A stretch of DNA of 61,322 bases from Vitrella brassicaformis CCMP3155 (lineage: Eukaryota; Protista; Chromerida): the NCBI GenBank assembly GCA_001179505.1, contig CDMY01000512.1, positions 1 through 61,322 on the forward strand, read 5' to 3'. Below the pieces are notes generated by a model. The model was not told the origin of the DNA, ran no database searches, and saw only the letters and a list, made by a program, of their open reading frames with translations. Both the position numbers and the translations under genes were made by a program. This document shows positions 12,201 through 25,000 of the stretch, in pieces. Positions within the stretch are counted from its first letter, which is position 1; each line of letters begins with the position of its first letter.

Positions 12201-14346
12201 CGCGTTTGCTGCCGATCGACGAGCGGCTGAAGTTTGTGGAGCTGCCGCCAGAGTGCAACCCCGACTTCCCGGCAGGCTATCAGGACCCCACCACAGCCGA
12301 CCGCCTCCCATCGACCAAGATCCACGCCGTCCCCAACGGCCGTGTCCGCCTCTCAGGCGGCAAGCGGCTGCAGCTGAAATGCGCCTTCCTCTCACTCGCT
12401 CGAGCACCCGCTGACCAAGAGAGACAGAGGTTGAGCACTGCAGATGCCCGCCCATACATGGAGCAGCCAATGATCAGTCATCCGCCAGTGGCTACCGCAC
12501 GTCCCTCCGCTGCGAAGGAAGAGACAGAAAGGATAGTGGGCAGGGAGGTCACTGCCGCTGCCGTCGTGATACAGGAGGAGAAGCCAGTCCGTGTTTCGAC
12601 GGAGAGGGTCGAGAGGAGGAGGGCCGCGCGGCTGCTGGAGAGAATGGTCAAGAAGGATGTCGTACATTGCGCAAGATCGCCATTCTGGAGCTCACAAAAG
12701 CCAGGTATGCCTCATGCCACATGCCACCCACGCATGTCCGTGTCTCGGCTGTCTCTTTGTCTGTCAGCCAAGGCGCCCCCCGCCCCGGCCTTCGCCCGCT
12801 GGACGGACACGGAGGCGGCAGCGAGTCAGAGCCAGGGGCTGGGTCAGCACCCCGCCCTGTCGATGAGCGTGACGGATGAGTCCCCGCGGTCCAGGATGCT
12901 GAGGGAGAAGGCACAGGAGAAATTCTCACTCATGATGGGCGGATTTGTCATGCCGCACGCAAGGTGGGTGCCAGCCAGAGCCAGTTGTGCCAGAGGATGT
13001 GTCCTTTCGTCCGTGCTGTCCTTTCAGGTACCGTGAGGGCCGCATTCCTGACCTGCGAGGGATCGCGGACACGTGCATTGGGCCTCTGACGTCACTCCCG
13101 CCCCCCCTCATCACGTAACTGAGAAGAGATGCAGATGCAGAAGCAGGCCTTGTGTTCGTTGCTTGTCTTCAGTGATCAGTCGGCTCGGCGCCGGTCTTCT
13201 GCGGTGGCGAGTGCGGTCAGCTCGTCAGTCGTCTTGAGCAGGAGGAGCAGCGCCGCCGTGGGCGGCATGACCAAACAAATCAGCTTCAACCTCCAAAAAG
13301 GGGCAGCTGGTATGAGACACATACGTCTCTCGAGCATCCTCTCTATTCGATTGTATGAGCGTCTCTTCTCTGCAGCCGAGTCGCCCACGAGCAAGCGCAT
13401 CAGCCTTAGCCGGCTCAACAGCGGCACACTGGCCCGATTGAACCTGCTCAGGCAGTACGCCAACCAGCCGTCGGGCAGCCAGTTTCTGATGCAGGCACTG
13501 GACGAGATGAAAGCAGAGGAGCAGGAGGGGGAGGAGGCGGAAGCCTCAAGTGAAGAAACAGAGGCCAAGAAACCTGCAGCAGTGAAGACAGAGGACACAG
13601 CAGCCGGTGGGCAGCCTGCCGAGCTAGACGAGACGTGGAAGGCCAAGCCGGCAGACACGGTAAGCTGATAGCAACAAACGTGCATCCAATTTCTCTCTGT
13701 CGTCCTGCATCCGTGAATGCAGGTCCGCAGCCCGAGTCGCTTTACTCGCCCCTCCCCTCCCTCTCTGCCGCTCACCCAGCGATCCCTCAGACACACGCCG
13801 ATGTCCTCACCCACATCACGGCAGACCTCCCCCCGGCCGCCACTCGAGGGCCCAACGTCCATCCACACCGATGAGGGCTCAGCCGCGGGCTCCGCGCAGC
13901 ACGACGAAAGCGCGACTGAGAGGTCTGTGTCTCCAATCATGGCCACTCAAAACAGGCCGGGCCGGCTGAGCGCTAGTGTGGTGCTTATCCCTTCACCGAA
14001 GAGGCAGCCCGCGGCGGCGAGGGCAAGGGAGAAGAGAAGAAGGACGACCGCGGCGGCGAAAAAGGCGTCTCCCAAGAGGCCCCCGAAGAGCCCGACGTAT
14101 CAGTCTCTCTGCGAACAGGCCCTCATAGCCCTGTCTCAGCATCCATCCCAGTCACCCGTCGTGCCCCGGGCGGACATCTTCAGCACAAGGCCACACTCAG
14201 AGTACCGGGACAAAAGGAGCCCCTCGACAATAAGACCGCCGCCTCCGAAGAATGAGACGGTCGCCCTGTACAACTTCCAGTACCGAGATGCGTTTCGGCT
14301 GATGGACGAGAGGAAGAGTCTGAGGGGCAACCTGACATTCAGATAG
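9244..14346 (+). CDS. Protein with two cyclic-nucleotide-binding domains and a long low-complexity C-terminal region (multi-exon)
   Basis: CNB1: VFLEGDDGSTFYVILQGSV...GDAFGEMALQTDGKRKATI. CNB2: IIYSQGDHPSEIFLVKEGDF...FFGFEEY..R.STV. Downstream exons at 13028, 13171 and 13720 join in frame by GT-AG splicing up to the stop at 14346. Confidence 0.8.
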
Positions 14347-15109
14347 CGAGACACATAGTTGGTTGCGGTCGTTTTGCGTGTACCTGCTCGCTGGGAGGTG
14401 GCTGTATGTGTGCATGGTGCATTAATACATGCATTTGTACGTGCATATATTCGTGTTATAGCAGCAGCGACAGATGTCCTCTTTTGACAGCCATGGTTGA
14501 CTCATTTCTGTGTGAATGCAATTCAGCGTCCACCACAAGAATCGACCGAAGGCACGGAAACGGAGTCACAAACGTCGTCGAATATAAAACGTAGGCAGTG
14601 ATATATACGGCATCACCCACCCAGCCGCACCACACATACCAAAAAGCACCCACATGCAGCCACCCCGTCAGTTCCTTGCGCTCCGTCTAGATCAGTGCAA
14701 AAATGTGACATCACTGAGTGACGATGACGTCCATTTCACTGTGAGTCGCCATAACGTACGTACGCTCATGCATCCATCCCATCCATCAGTCAGTCAGTCA
14801 GTCGGCATGCCTTAGCATGCCATGCCTTGCTCGCCGGCATCGATCGCATCTATCCACACATGAATGAATGAAGCCCCACACGCCCTCCCCTCCCCCCCCT
14901 ATCCACACGTACACATGCGCACCTCGTCCGTCATATTCATTCGTCATATATAGTAGTAGAATTCCCCCTCTTGTTCGTTCGTTGATCTCCGGCTGTCGCA
15001 CCGCCGAGGCCCCGCCACCACACGACCCACGCCACGCCCAGCTTCTCTCTCAGGCACATATATCCTCCCTCTTGACGCCAACCACCACGCACACCACACC
15101 ACACCACCG

Positions 15110-15620
15110 GTGGGCAGCACCGCACCGGGCCCCGCTCCCGCTCTCCCAGGCCTCCTCGTCCTTGACGTCCGCCATCCAGCCGGCCCGGCTCGTGAGTGAG
15201 TGGCGCATGAGAGGGGTCGCAGCACCTCATCTTCAAAGTCCCCGGCCCTGAATTGAGCCCGAAACAAATGCCTGCACACGCATGTAACGCATCATACAGA
15301 TGGTGTGACGTCGTCCTTTTGCATGCATGCATGGAGATCTCCCTCGTGCACTTACTTGAACTTGTCGATGTCCTTACTGGCGAGGTCCACGGGCCCTATC
15401 ACGATGTCGCCCCGTCTGCCATTGCAGTCCTTCTCAAACAGCGTCGCCCGGAGGCTGACACTCTTGCCATGGTCGCCCTCGACCACCAGAATCCCCTCCC
15501 GCCGCTCCCATTTGTACCACCACCCCTCCCGATATGAAGCGCCGAAGCACTTGCTCGTGCTCATGATGGTGGTTTGCAGCGGTCGTGTGGTCCGCGGTTT
15601 CTGCATGGACGATCTCCCCG
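15110..15620 (-). CDS. Possible small spliced orphan protein
   Basis: Protein-like stretch FGASYREGWWYKWERREGILVVEGD...IGPVDLASKDIDKF, followed by a GTAAGT donor that splices in frame to HLFRAQFRAGDFEDEVL. No family recognised. Confidence 0.3.
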
Positions 15621-16089
15621 GTTCTTCGCAATTTATTGGGTTTTCGCCCGTCTCTGCAGATGGATTCTCGCCACAAATCGGTGGTACATGTGCATGAGGG
15701 AAATGCCGTGCTGCGTTCCTTCCTTCAATTTTGTGTGATGTAGTGATGTGTTCATGAGGCCGCATTCTCCGTGTGTGCACAACACGGCCCTTTATGCTTT
15801 CAATCCTTTAGCTCTTGACACAAATAATCGTGGCGGCCCCCCCGTGCCCCCCAGTCTCACTCCTGACTTCCCCGCAAGATGACGAGCCACGTTCCGTTGT
15901 CGCCAGTCCCGCCGATTGGCTCGCCATTCACAGCTGAGCAGACTCAGCAGAAGCGGACCGACGATGGCATTCTCAGACAGACACACGTTGCATCCTCCCT
16001 CAGGTGATGTACGAACACGCTGTATACACCCATGCGCCAACTCATCGATGTGTTTTCCTGACATCACCAGGACGACCGAGCACCAGAAG

Positions 16090-19000
16090 ATGGAGCGCGT
16101 CTATCGCCTGGACCCGCAGAAGGCGCATCGGCGCCGCCTGTTCCGTTTCGACGCCTCCGAGCTGGAGAGCTATGCAATGGCCACCTTCCTCAAACCCACA
16201 AGAGTCGCCCCTCCACAGCCAGGTGCCGCTGCCCAAGCGACCACACCCGATGAGGGGCGGAAGCCCATCAAGAGCAGCGGTCTGGCCGCCATGGCTCGAA
16301 TGCAGAAGGACGCAAAGGAGAAGGAGGCCAAGAAGGAGACCAAGCTGCCGTCACACGTGCAGCTGCTGCAGACCATCTACATGGCGCAGACGGGCAAAGC
16401 GGAAGGCGCGAAGCCAATAGAAGGGCAGGGCGTCATTGCCGAGCTGGAGGGAGAGGGTGTGGAGGAGGTTCCCGAAGGGAGGTCGTCTCTCGTCGCCGCA
16501 TTTGCGCAGGAGCAGGTGGATGAAGAGGAGCTCTTGAGGCAGGAGCTCGCCAAGCTCAAAACGGGCGAGGACGCAATTGCTTTCTTTGCTAAAAACGGAT
16601 CCACCACACCGGTGAGACAGACACAGCCCAACCAGCAGATGATTTTCAGGCGAAGGGCACGTGTGTGTCATGCTTTGTCTCCCCCTCTTGTGGGCGCAAG
16701 TGTAGGTGAAGTTTGTGTATTGCAATCGGCGTGTGACTGAGGAGGGCGATTTTCAGCCGTGCAGCCTGGTGGTGGTGCCCGAGGCCGACATCAACCCCGA
16801 GTACTTCACCATCAGCTCCAGCGGTGTCGTGCATGTGTGCCCTCAGCGGCCCAGCGAATACGTGTCACTCAGCGAATGGATGCACCAATCGCTCATGTTC
16901 TCAGTCCTCAGGTGGGGGAGCAGCGACGGACAGGGACAATTGGCAGATATTCTTTTCTCTGTCACTCCGTGACATCCAGATCGATGGTATTTTTCAAGCA
17001 TTTTCTCATCGGCAAACTCTTCAGACAATGGCAGAATAACGCTCGCTATCAGGTAAAACGGTAACCCCTCAAATTTCTGCCATTTTTGCTCTTTTTGCTG
17101 GCAGGTGTATTTGAAGCAGCGCAAGACATTGACCCGGCGTTTGTTCCTCGCCAAGCCCGTGTTTGTGGCTCCTTTGCTCAACATTCACTCCATCATGCAC
17201 GACACTGGCAACGTGAGTATGAGTCGTTCGCGCATACGTGTCTGTCATCACCTTACATTGTGCTTGGCCGCTGCAGGTGCGCGTGATGCACATAGCCCAC
17301 TCTCAGCATGATCTGCATCAGTTTGCCGAGGCGCAGTCCAACCAGCGGTCGAATCCGCAGAACGGTGCGGCCAAAGAGTTTGAGACCCGACAGGAGCAGC
17401 TCATCGGCATTCTCGATAAGGTAAGTGAGACATAAAAGGCATTTGAGCCATGATGTGGATGTTTGAGTGTACATTGCCTCAGGTTGTGGCTGAGGTGCAT
17501 GCGAGCACTCAGCTGCCCGAGGAGCACCCGCTCGATTTCAAGTCGTCCAAAAAAGTCAAACCGATGGTCCAAGAAAAGGAAGAAGGTGCGCAAGAATACT
17601 TCTGAAGCCATTTCCGCAACTCTTGGCTTGCTTTTCCTCAACAGCAAAGGAGCGGGCCCGCAGATTGCGTTTGGCTGCATTGGATGAGTCTCTTCTCGGC
17701 GATTTCATTCGTCTGGTGGATTACAAGCTGTCGAGTCAGCTGGTGCACGTTGTGCTGACTGCCGGAAGAGATTTTCTGGATCGCTTGGGCACTGCTGAGT
17801 CCTCGGTGAAGCTCTTCTCTGTTACCGTCAAGTTCGGGCAAGCACGGAAGATGGACTTTGAACCAGGACTCTCGAAGTTCAAGGCAAGGGAAAAGAACCA
17901 CGTCTGCTCGATCTACCGACATGTGTCAATGCATGCACATTGTTCAGGTCATGTTGCATGAGCTGTGGACGGGCACCATCAACCTGGTGGCGTCGGTGCC
18001 TCCCTTCTGTCAGATGAGACAATACGAGGGGTGAGACATGCGAGGGGAGGCTCGTGCGATGACTTGAATGATGCACGGCGATTGCGGCAGGTATGTGCAG
18101 GTGGTGCATCCTCAGTCGGTGGAAACCCTTTTGCTCAACGATGAAGTCTTCAGTGCGACACAGGTCAGTCAGATGTGCCGGCGGGCCACTGTCACACGCA
18201 GAGCGTCTCCTCGTTCGCATGCCATGGCCTGCAGGAGCGCGTTGAAAAGCGAATAGTACAGGACTTCGAGAGGGCGCAGAAGTATTGCGACTCATACTTC
18301 GCCATGTACAGGTCAAATTCAGCACAAACAGCTTTCCAATCTGAAAGAGCACAAATGATCGATTTGCAATATATGGGTTCAGGCGCATCTACGATTTCGA
18401 GAAGCAGTGGGACGAGACGGCCTTCTTCGAGCGCAAGCTGACGCATGCGAGTCTGTCGCGGGAGATGGGGCTCATGCGTGACTTCGAGGAGGACCTCGAG
18501 AAGCTCAAGCAGACACACATATTCGGGGTCGGTGCGAGAAGGAGAAACGTATGTGTGTCCGTGTGCATGGGTGGTTTGTGGGTCGCAGGTGTTGTCTGTT
18601 GAGGCGAGGACACTCAAGATGAATCTGGTCCCCGTTGCAGAGAAGGCACTCGCGGCCATGAAGATTGTTCTCATTCAAATGGCACGCGAGAAGGTGATGA
18701 CAATCCATAGCATACACACGTATATGCATTCGCTCTCAATGTGTTCATCAGGCTGCGGCGTTGGTCAATCGCTTCACGTCCGTCAACAAACTTCTGGACG
18801 AGCGGCCGGCTAAGTTGGCAAACTATGCCGACTTTGTCCGCAACTTCCAGGAGATCAAAGACCAGCTCGAGTCCCTTGATGAAGAGAAGAGCAATGTCGA
18901 GGAAATGTATTCGCTCCTCAAGCAGTATGACGTCAGGGTAAGCAGAGACACGGGATGTGTCCTCTGCCATTCCGACCAATTGCTCATTGCTTGCTGCTTC

Positions 19001-22000
19001 ATCTGTGCAGGTGCCCCTTGATGACACCATTCAGCTGGAGACACTCAATCAGAAGGCGTCAGAGTTCGAGAAACAGAAACTCCTCGAGGCTTCCGAACAC
19101 ATCAGGTACCCCAAATATGTTATGTCTTCCCGCGAGCGCCCACGCATCCTTCACCTCGGCTGTGTGCAGGGAGAACATGACAGACATGGTCCTGGACCTC
19201 CGCCAGAAGTCACAGAAAGTCGAGGAGGACATGCTCAACCTGGCACACGATCTGCAGCAAGGCATGTTTGTCGACGAGGAGGCCATCGTCAACGCTGCGG
19301 AGGTCAGGGAGGAGCTTACGAAGCTCGAGGACCAGCTGCAGAAGCTCGATCAGCGTGCATCCAACTACAGGGAGCTGCAACAGCTCTTCAAGACGCCCGA
19401 GCAGGTGGGACGGACCGCAAATACACATGCATACATCTGCTTGCACGCCTTTCGTTTGCCTCCAGTTCGCGTTCAAAGAGACTGAAGAGACCAGGAAGCT
19501 CTTCGCGCTCAAGCAGAAGCTCTGGGACACCATTGCCGAGTGGCAGGAGGCCACCAAGCAGGTGTCAAAACAGACGCGCGAGCTTGACGTGACACGGCTT
19601 GACGATGCACAAATGTGTCTTTTCTTTGCGTGCCATTCAGTGGTACTATGACGAGTTCTCTAAGCTTGACGTGGAAGACACAAACAAGAAGGTCCAGGAG
19701 TACTTCAAAAACGTCTATTCACTGGCCAAATCCCTCAACAATGTAAGACTCAGACAAACATAAGATATTGCATATGTCTGTCCTATCCATCGTTCAGGAT
19801 CCAGTAGTGACTCGCTTGAAGGAGATGATTGGTGAGTGGCGCGACCGAATGCCCACAATTCTGGAGCTCGGTAACCCCGCGCTGAGGCCCCGACACTGGG
19901 AGAAGATCTTCAAAGAGATCAAGTCAGTCAACAAATGCTAATTTGTGTCTCCCTACGAAGCTTCTTTGTCTATCCTGTTGCAGGATGGCATACGTCAGCC
20001 CCGCTCAGTCGTTCTTCCTCAAGAAACTGGAAGAGAACGACATCTTCAGCAAATACCAGTTCGTGGCGGAGGTATCGGGCATTGCATCTGGCGAGTTCGC
20101 TCTTGAGCAGCAGCTCGACAAGATCCGAGGCATCTGGGCCGACGCTGAGCTCATTGTGCAGCCCCATCGCGAGAGCCAGACGTGTTTTGTGCTGGGAGAC
20201 ATCACTGAAATCATCGCCATTCTTGAAGACCACACAGTCACCGTGCAGACCATGATGGGCAGCAGGTGAGACGAAGCGAGAATTGTGACACCCATGCGGA
20301 AGCGTTTGTGTGTGCGTGTCTGCTTGGAAGGTTCATTGCTGGCATCCGCGCTCAAGTGGAGGAGTGGGAGAGGAAACTGAATCTGACGTCAGATGTGCTC
20401 GGTAGGTATGGTGGACGCACATGCTCACAAAGCCGTGTATCCACGCCCTTTGTGTGCAGACGAGTGGATTCAGGTGCAACGGGCATGGATGTATCTGGAG
20501 AACATCTTTTCGGCCGAAGACATCCAGAAGCAGCTTCCTGCAGAGTCAGCAAAGTTTATGCAAGTCGACAAGTTCTGGAAGGACCTGCTGAAGCGGGTGC
20601 GGCAATCGTACAAGAACGTTATCCAGGCAGTATCGCAGCCAGACCTGCTCAAGAAGCTCCAGTGGGCCAACAAGACGCTGGAGGAAGTGCAAAAGAGCCT
20701 TGAGGACTACCTTGAGACGAAGCGAGCTGCCTTCCCCCGCTTCTACTTCCTGTCTAACGACGAGCTGCTGTCCATCTTATCGCAGACACGCAATCCGCAT
20801 GCCGTCCAGGAGCATCTGTCCAAATGCTTCGACGCCATGCACAGGATCAAGTTCACCGACGAGCCGAAGTCTGTTACTGTGGAGGGCATGAAGAGCATCG
20901 AGGGCGAGTATGTCCCGTTCGCCTCTCAGGTCATGGCGCAAGGTCCAGTGGAAGGCTGGCTCACCAAGATCGAGGAGCAGATGAGACAGGGACTGTACGA
21001 GCAAAGCAAGTCTGCTTGGAAGGATTACCCTGAGGATGCCCTCAACCGCCAGGAGTGGCTCTTTGCATACCCCGCACAGACCATTCTCGTATGAAACCAG
21101 ACACGCCCGCTTGACACACGTTTGATGAGTGTCCTTGTATGTTCAGATGGTTGATCTGATCTACTGGACTTTCGACGTCGAGACAGCGCTCAACAACATC
21201 AGCACCAACAAGGACCCACAGGCCATGGAGACATTCTTTGAATTTATGAAGTCACAAATCTCAAAGTGCGAGTGATGAGCGAGAAGGGTTGATGCACACA
21301 CACACAAATGCTTTGTGTAGGTCTGTGGCGTTGGTGCGGTCCAACCTGACGAAGCTGCAGCGCAAAATGATGGGTGCCCTCATTGTGCTGGATGTGCATG
21401 CGAGAGACGTCGTCAGAACCATGGTCAGTCGGCTGCAAGACAGTCGCCACATGCATCACAGGGATCGACGGGCGTACGGCTGTGTCTCATACAGATACTG
21501 GAGAAGTGCAGTTCTGTGAACGACTTTGAGTGGACCAAGCAGCTCCGGTACTACTGGGAGGCGGAGATCGACAACTGCACCGCTCGTCAGACAAACACGC
21601 GATTCCTTTACGCCTTCGAGTATCTCGGCAACACACCCCGCCTCGTGATCACTCCCCTGACAGACAAGTGCTACATGACCCTCACGGGCGCACTCCACCT
21701 CAACTATGGCGGGGCGCCTGCCGGGCCGGCAGGAACAGGTGAAAGCACTGGCTCTTGCGATAACCTGCCTAGACACACATTGTCACTGCTCAGGGAAGAC
21801 CGAGACGACTAAGGATTTGGCCAAGGCGCTGGCCGTGCAGTGCGTGGTGTTTAACTGCAGTGACGGGCTGGACTACAAAATGATGGGTCGTTTCTTCTCG
21901 GGACTGGCACAGGCTGGCGCGTGGGCATGCTTCGACGAGTTCAACCGGATCGACGTTGAGGTCTTGTCGGTCATTGCGCAGCAGATGCTCAAGATCCAGA

Positions 22001-25000
22001 GCGCCATCCGCGGCAAGAAGACCATATTCGAATTTGAGGGTCGCGAGATTCCCCTCAACTCCCGCTTCGGTGTGTTCATCACAATGAATCCTGGCTACGC
22101 TGGCCGTACCGAACTGCCCGACAATCTCAAGTCGCTCTTTCGTCCTGTCGCCATGATGATTCCCGACTATGGGCTCATCGCGGAGATCATTCTCTTTTCT
22201 GAGGGGTTCGACTCTGCCAACAGCCTCGCTCGCAAGATGGTCAATCTCTACAAGCTGTCGTCCGAACAGCTCTCCAAACAGGTAGACAGTCCCCTCAAAG
22301 GAGCATTACTTGATCCTGCTGATGCACGGTCACGGTATGCAGGATCATTACGATTTTGGCATGAGAGCGGTCAAGTCGGTGCTGGTCATGGCCGGGACGC
22401 TTAAGCGTTCCAATCCTGACCTCGATGAGAATATTGTGCTCATTCGGTGAGTCACAAAAGAGGTCCGTCACATTAAGACAACCGTTTGTTTGACGCTGCC
22501 TCCCGTGTCCCTTTTCGGCTGGCAGTGCGATGCGTGACAGCAATGTACCGAAGTTTTTGAGCCACGACTTGCCTCTGTTCATGGGTATCATATCTGACCT
22601 GTTCCCTGATGCTGTCGTGCCCTACATCGACTATGGCGACCTGCAGAAGGCCATTGAAAAACAGTTGAGGGACCATGAGCTCCAGGTGGGTCTCATGGAT
22701 GGATGCAGAATACCCTGCCTTATCTGCAAATGCGTGTCTCCTTGTCTCCAGGTCGTGCCTGCATATGTGACGAAGGTGATTCAGCTTCTCGAGACGCAGA
22801 TTGTGAGGCACGGAGTGATGCTGGTGAGGAGTCAGAGACGCAATTGCTCGTTGTTGGATTATTTTTGTCCACATACACTTCTTCTGTCCGTCAGGTTGGT
22901 GTGACTGGCACTGGAAAGACCACTTGTTCGGACATTCTTGCTAAGGCTCTCACCCAGCTCAGACAGGACGAACACGCCGATCCTAACTATCAAGTGACGC
23001 GTGACAGAGCGTCATGCCTGCCGTTACCCATTCGATTGTGTGTCTCAGGTGACGAAGGTTATCACCCTCAATCCCAAGTCGGTGACGATGGACGAGCTCT
23101 ACGGTGCCACTAACCCGGTGACCAACGAGTGGACAGACGGACTCATCGGACAGGTACGCTCTCCCCTATCATTCTGGGCTTGTGCAATACAGCTTTCCTT
23201 CGCCCATGCAGCTTGTCCGCGAGGCCTGTTCCGACACAAGCCCGAACAAGAAGTGGGTCAACTTCGACGGCCCAGTGGATGCGTTGTGGATTGAGAACAT
23301 GAACACCGTCCTCGACGACAATAAGACACTCTGTCTGGCCAACGGCGAGCGCATCAAGCTGCCCTCCACCCTAACGATGATGTTCGAGGTGCAGGATCTT
23401 GCTGTCGCCTCGCCGGCAACCGTAAGCCGGTGCGGCATGGTCTACCTCGAGCCGTTGCACCTCGGCTGGAAGTGCCTCGTGCAGGTAGAGACAGGAAACA
23501 AAGATATGCACCGGACATGGCTCGATCACCGTTGGTCGGCGATGTCACTCGTCAGACGTGGGGCGAGCGCTTCACGAAGAAGTACGCCGACTATGCCAAG
23601 CAGCTCGAGGAATGGACCATCCAGCTGTGCGACGCTGCCATCCCATTCATACGCAAGAACTGTCGGGTATCCTGCTTGGTCCATCGTGCCCTTCACTTAA
23701 CTAACACTTGTCTTTGCATGTATTCTGCACGCAGGAAGTGATTTCTTCTGTCGACGCGAACCTGATCGACTCCTTCTGCCGCCTGATGTGGACATTCATC
23801 GACGAGCGGAACGAGATCAAGGGCGAGAACACGAAGGAGGAGCAGCGACTGGTGAGTCAATTGACCCACCCACCACCTCTGTTGCACACATATCTATCAA
23901 CGACTCATGGGGCTTGTCAGGTCCGTATGTACTGGGCCTTCTCTGCGGTTTGGTCTCTCGGCGGCAACCTGCATGAGAATTCCAGACCTGCCTTCTCCGA
24001 TTTCCTGGTGCCCCAGCTGCAGGTATGTAGGGAAGGAGGCACGCCAACCAACACGTGACGATGAGTGTGTGTCCTCTCGCATTGACAGTCCTGGTGTCCC
24101 GAGTTCCCCTCGTCCGACTGCTACTCAGTGTCAGTAGACAACACCGGCAAGTTCATCACGTTCGAGTCCATCGTGCCAGACTTCGAGTACGACCCACGGG
24201 TGTCCTTCTTCAACATACTCGTGCCGACACAAGACACAGTCACCCAGAAGATGCTGCTCGAAAACATCATGACGGCCGGCTACCACTGTTTGTGGTCGGG
24301 CGACACTGGTGTGGGCAAGTCGGTGGGCATTCAGAACTTCCTCAACCACGTGCCAGAGGGATTTGTGACGGGAGGCGTCAACTTCTCGGCACAAACCACA
24401 TCCGCCAACCTACAGGTAGGCTAGCATCGACCGACAAGGCTCAAGCAGCTTCTTCGGCCGCACTCTGCTTTCTGGACTCGCAGGACGTGTTTGAGTCGAA
24501 GCTGATTGCCAAGCGCAAGAATCTTCTGGGTCCCCCGCCAGGCACTCGAATGCTCATCTTCATCGACGACGTCAACATGCCACAGCTTGAGACGTACGGC
24601 GCTCAGCCGCCCATCGAGCTGCTGCGGCAGGTGATGGACCACAAGGGCTTCTACGACCGCAAGAAGCTCTTCTACAAGAGCGTCAAAGATGTGCAGTATA
24701 TACTCGCCTGTGCGCCGCCCGGTGGAGGAAGAAATGCCGTCACTCCTCGGTGAAGATGAGACCTTCATACCGCGCAATAAGCGACAGAAATCATGTCTCC
24801 TGCTTTGCAGTCTTTTCCGCCACTACAACATGTTCTGGATGACGAATCTGGGCGAGCCAGCCATGGTCCGCATCTTCTCCTCCATTCTGGGCGGCTGGCT
24901 GCAGATCACGGAGCCGTCACTCAAAGACATCTCAACTTCTCTCATCAAAGCGGGAGTCGAGGTATGCGTGAGACAGACCGCCATGTGCCGCTGCTGTGTC

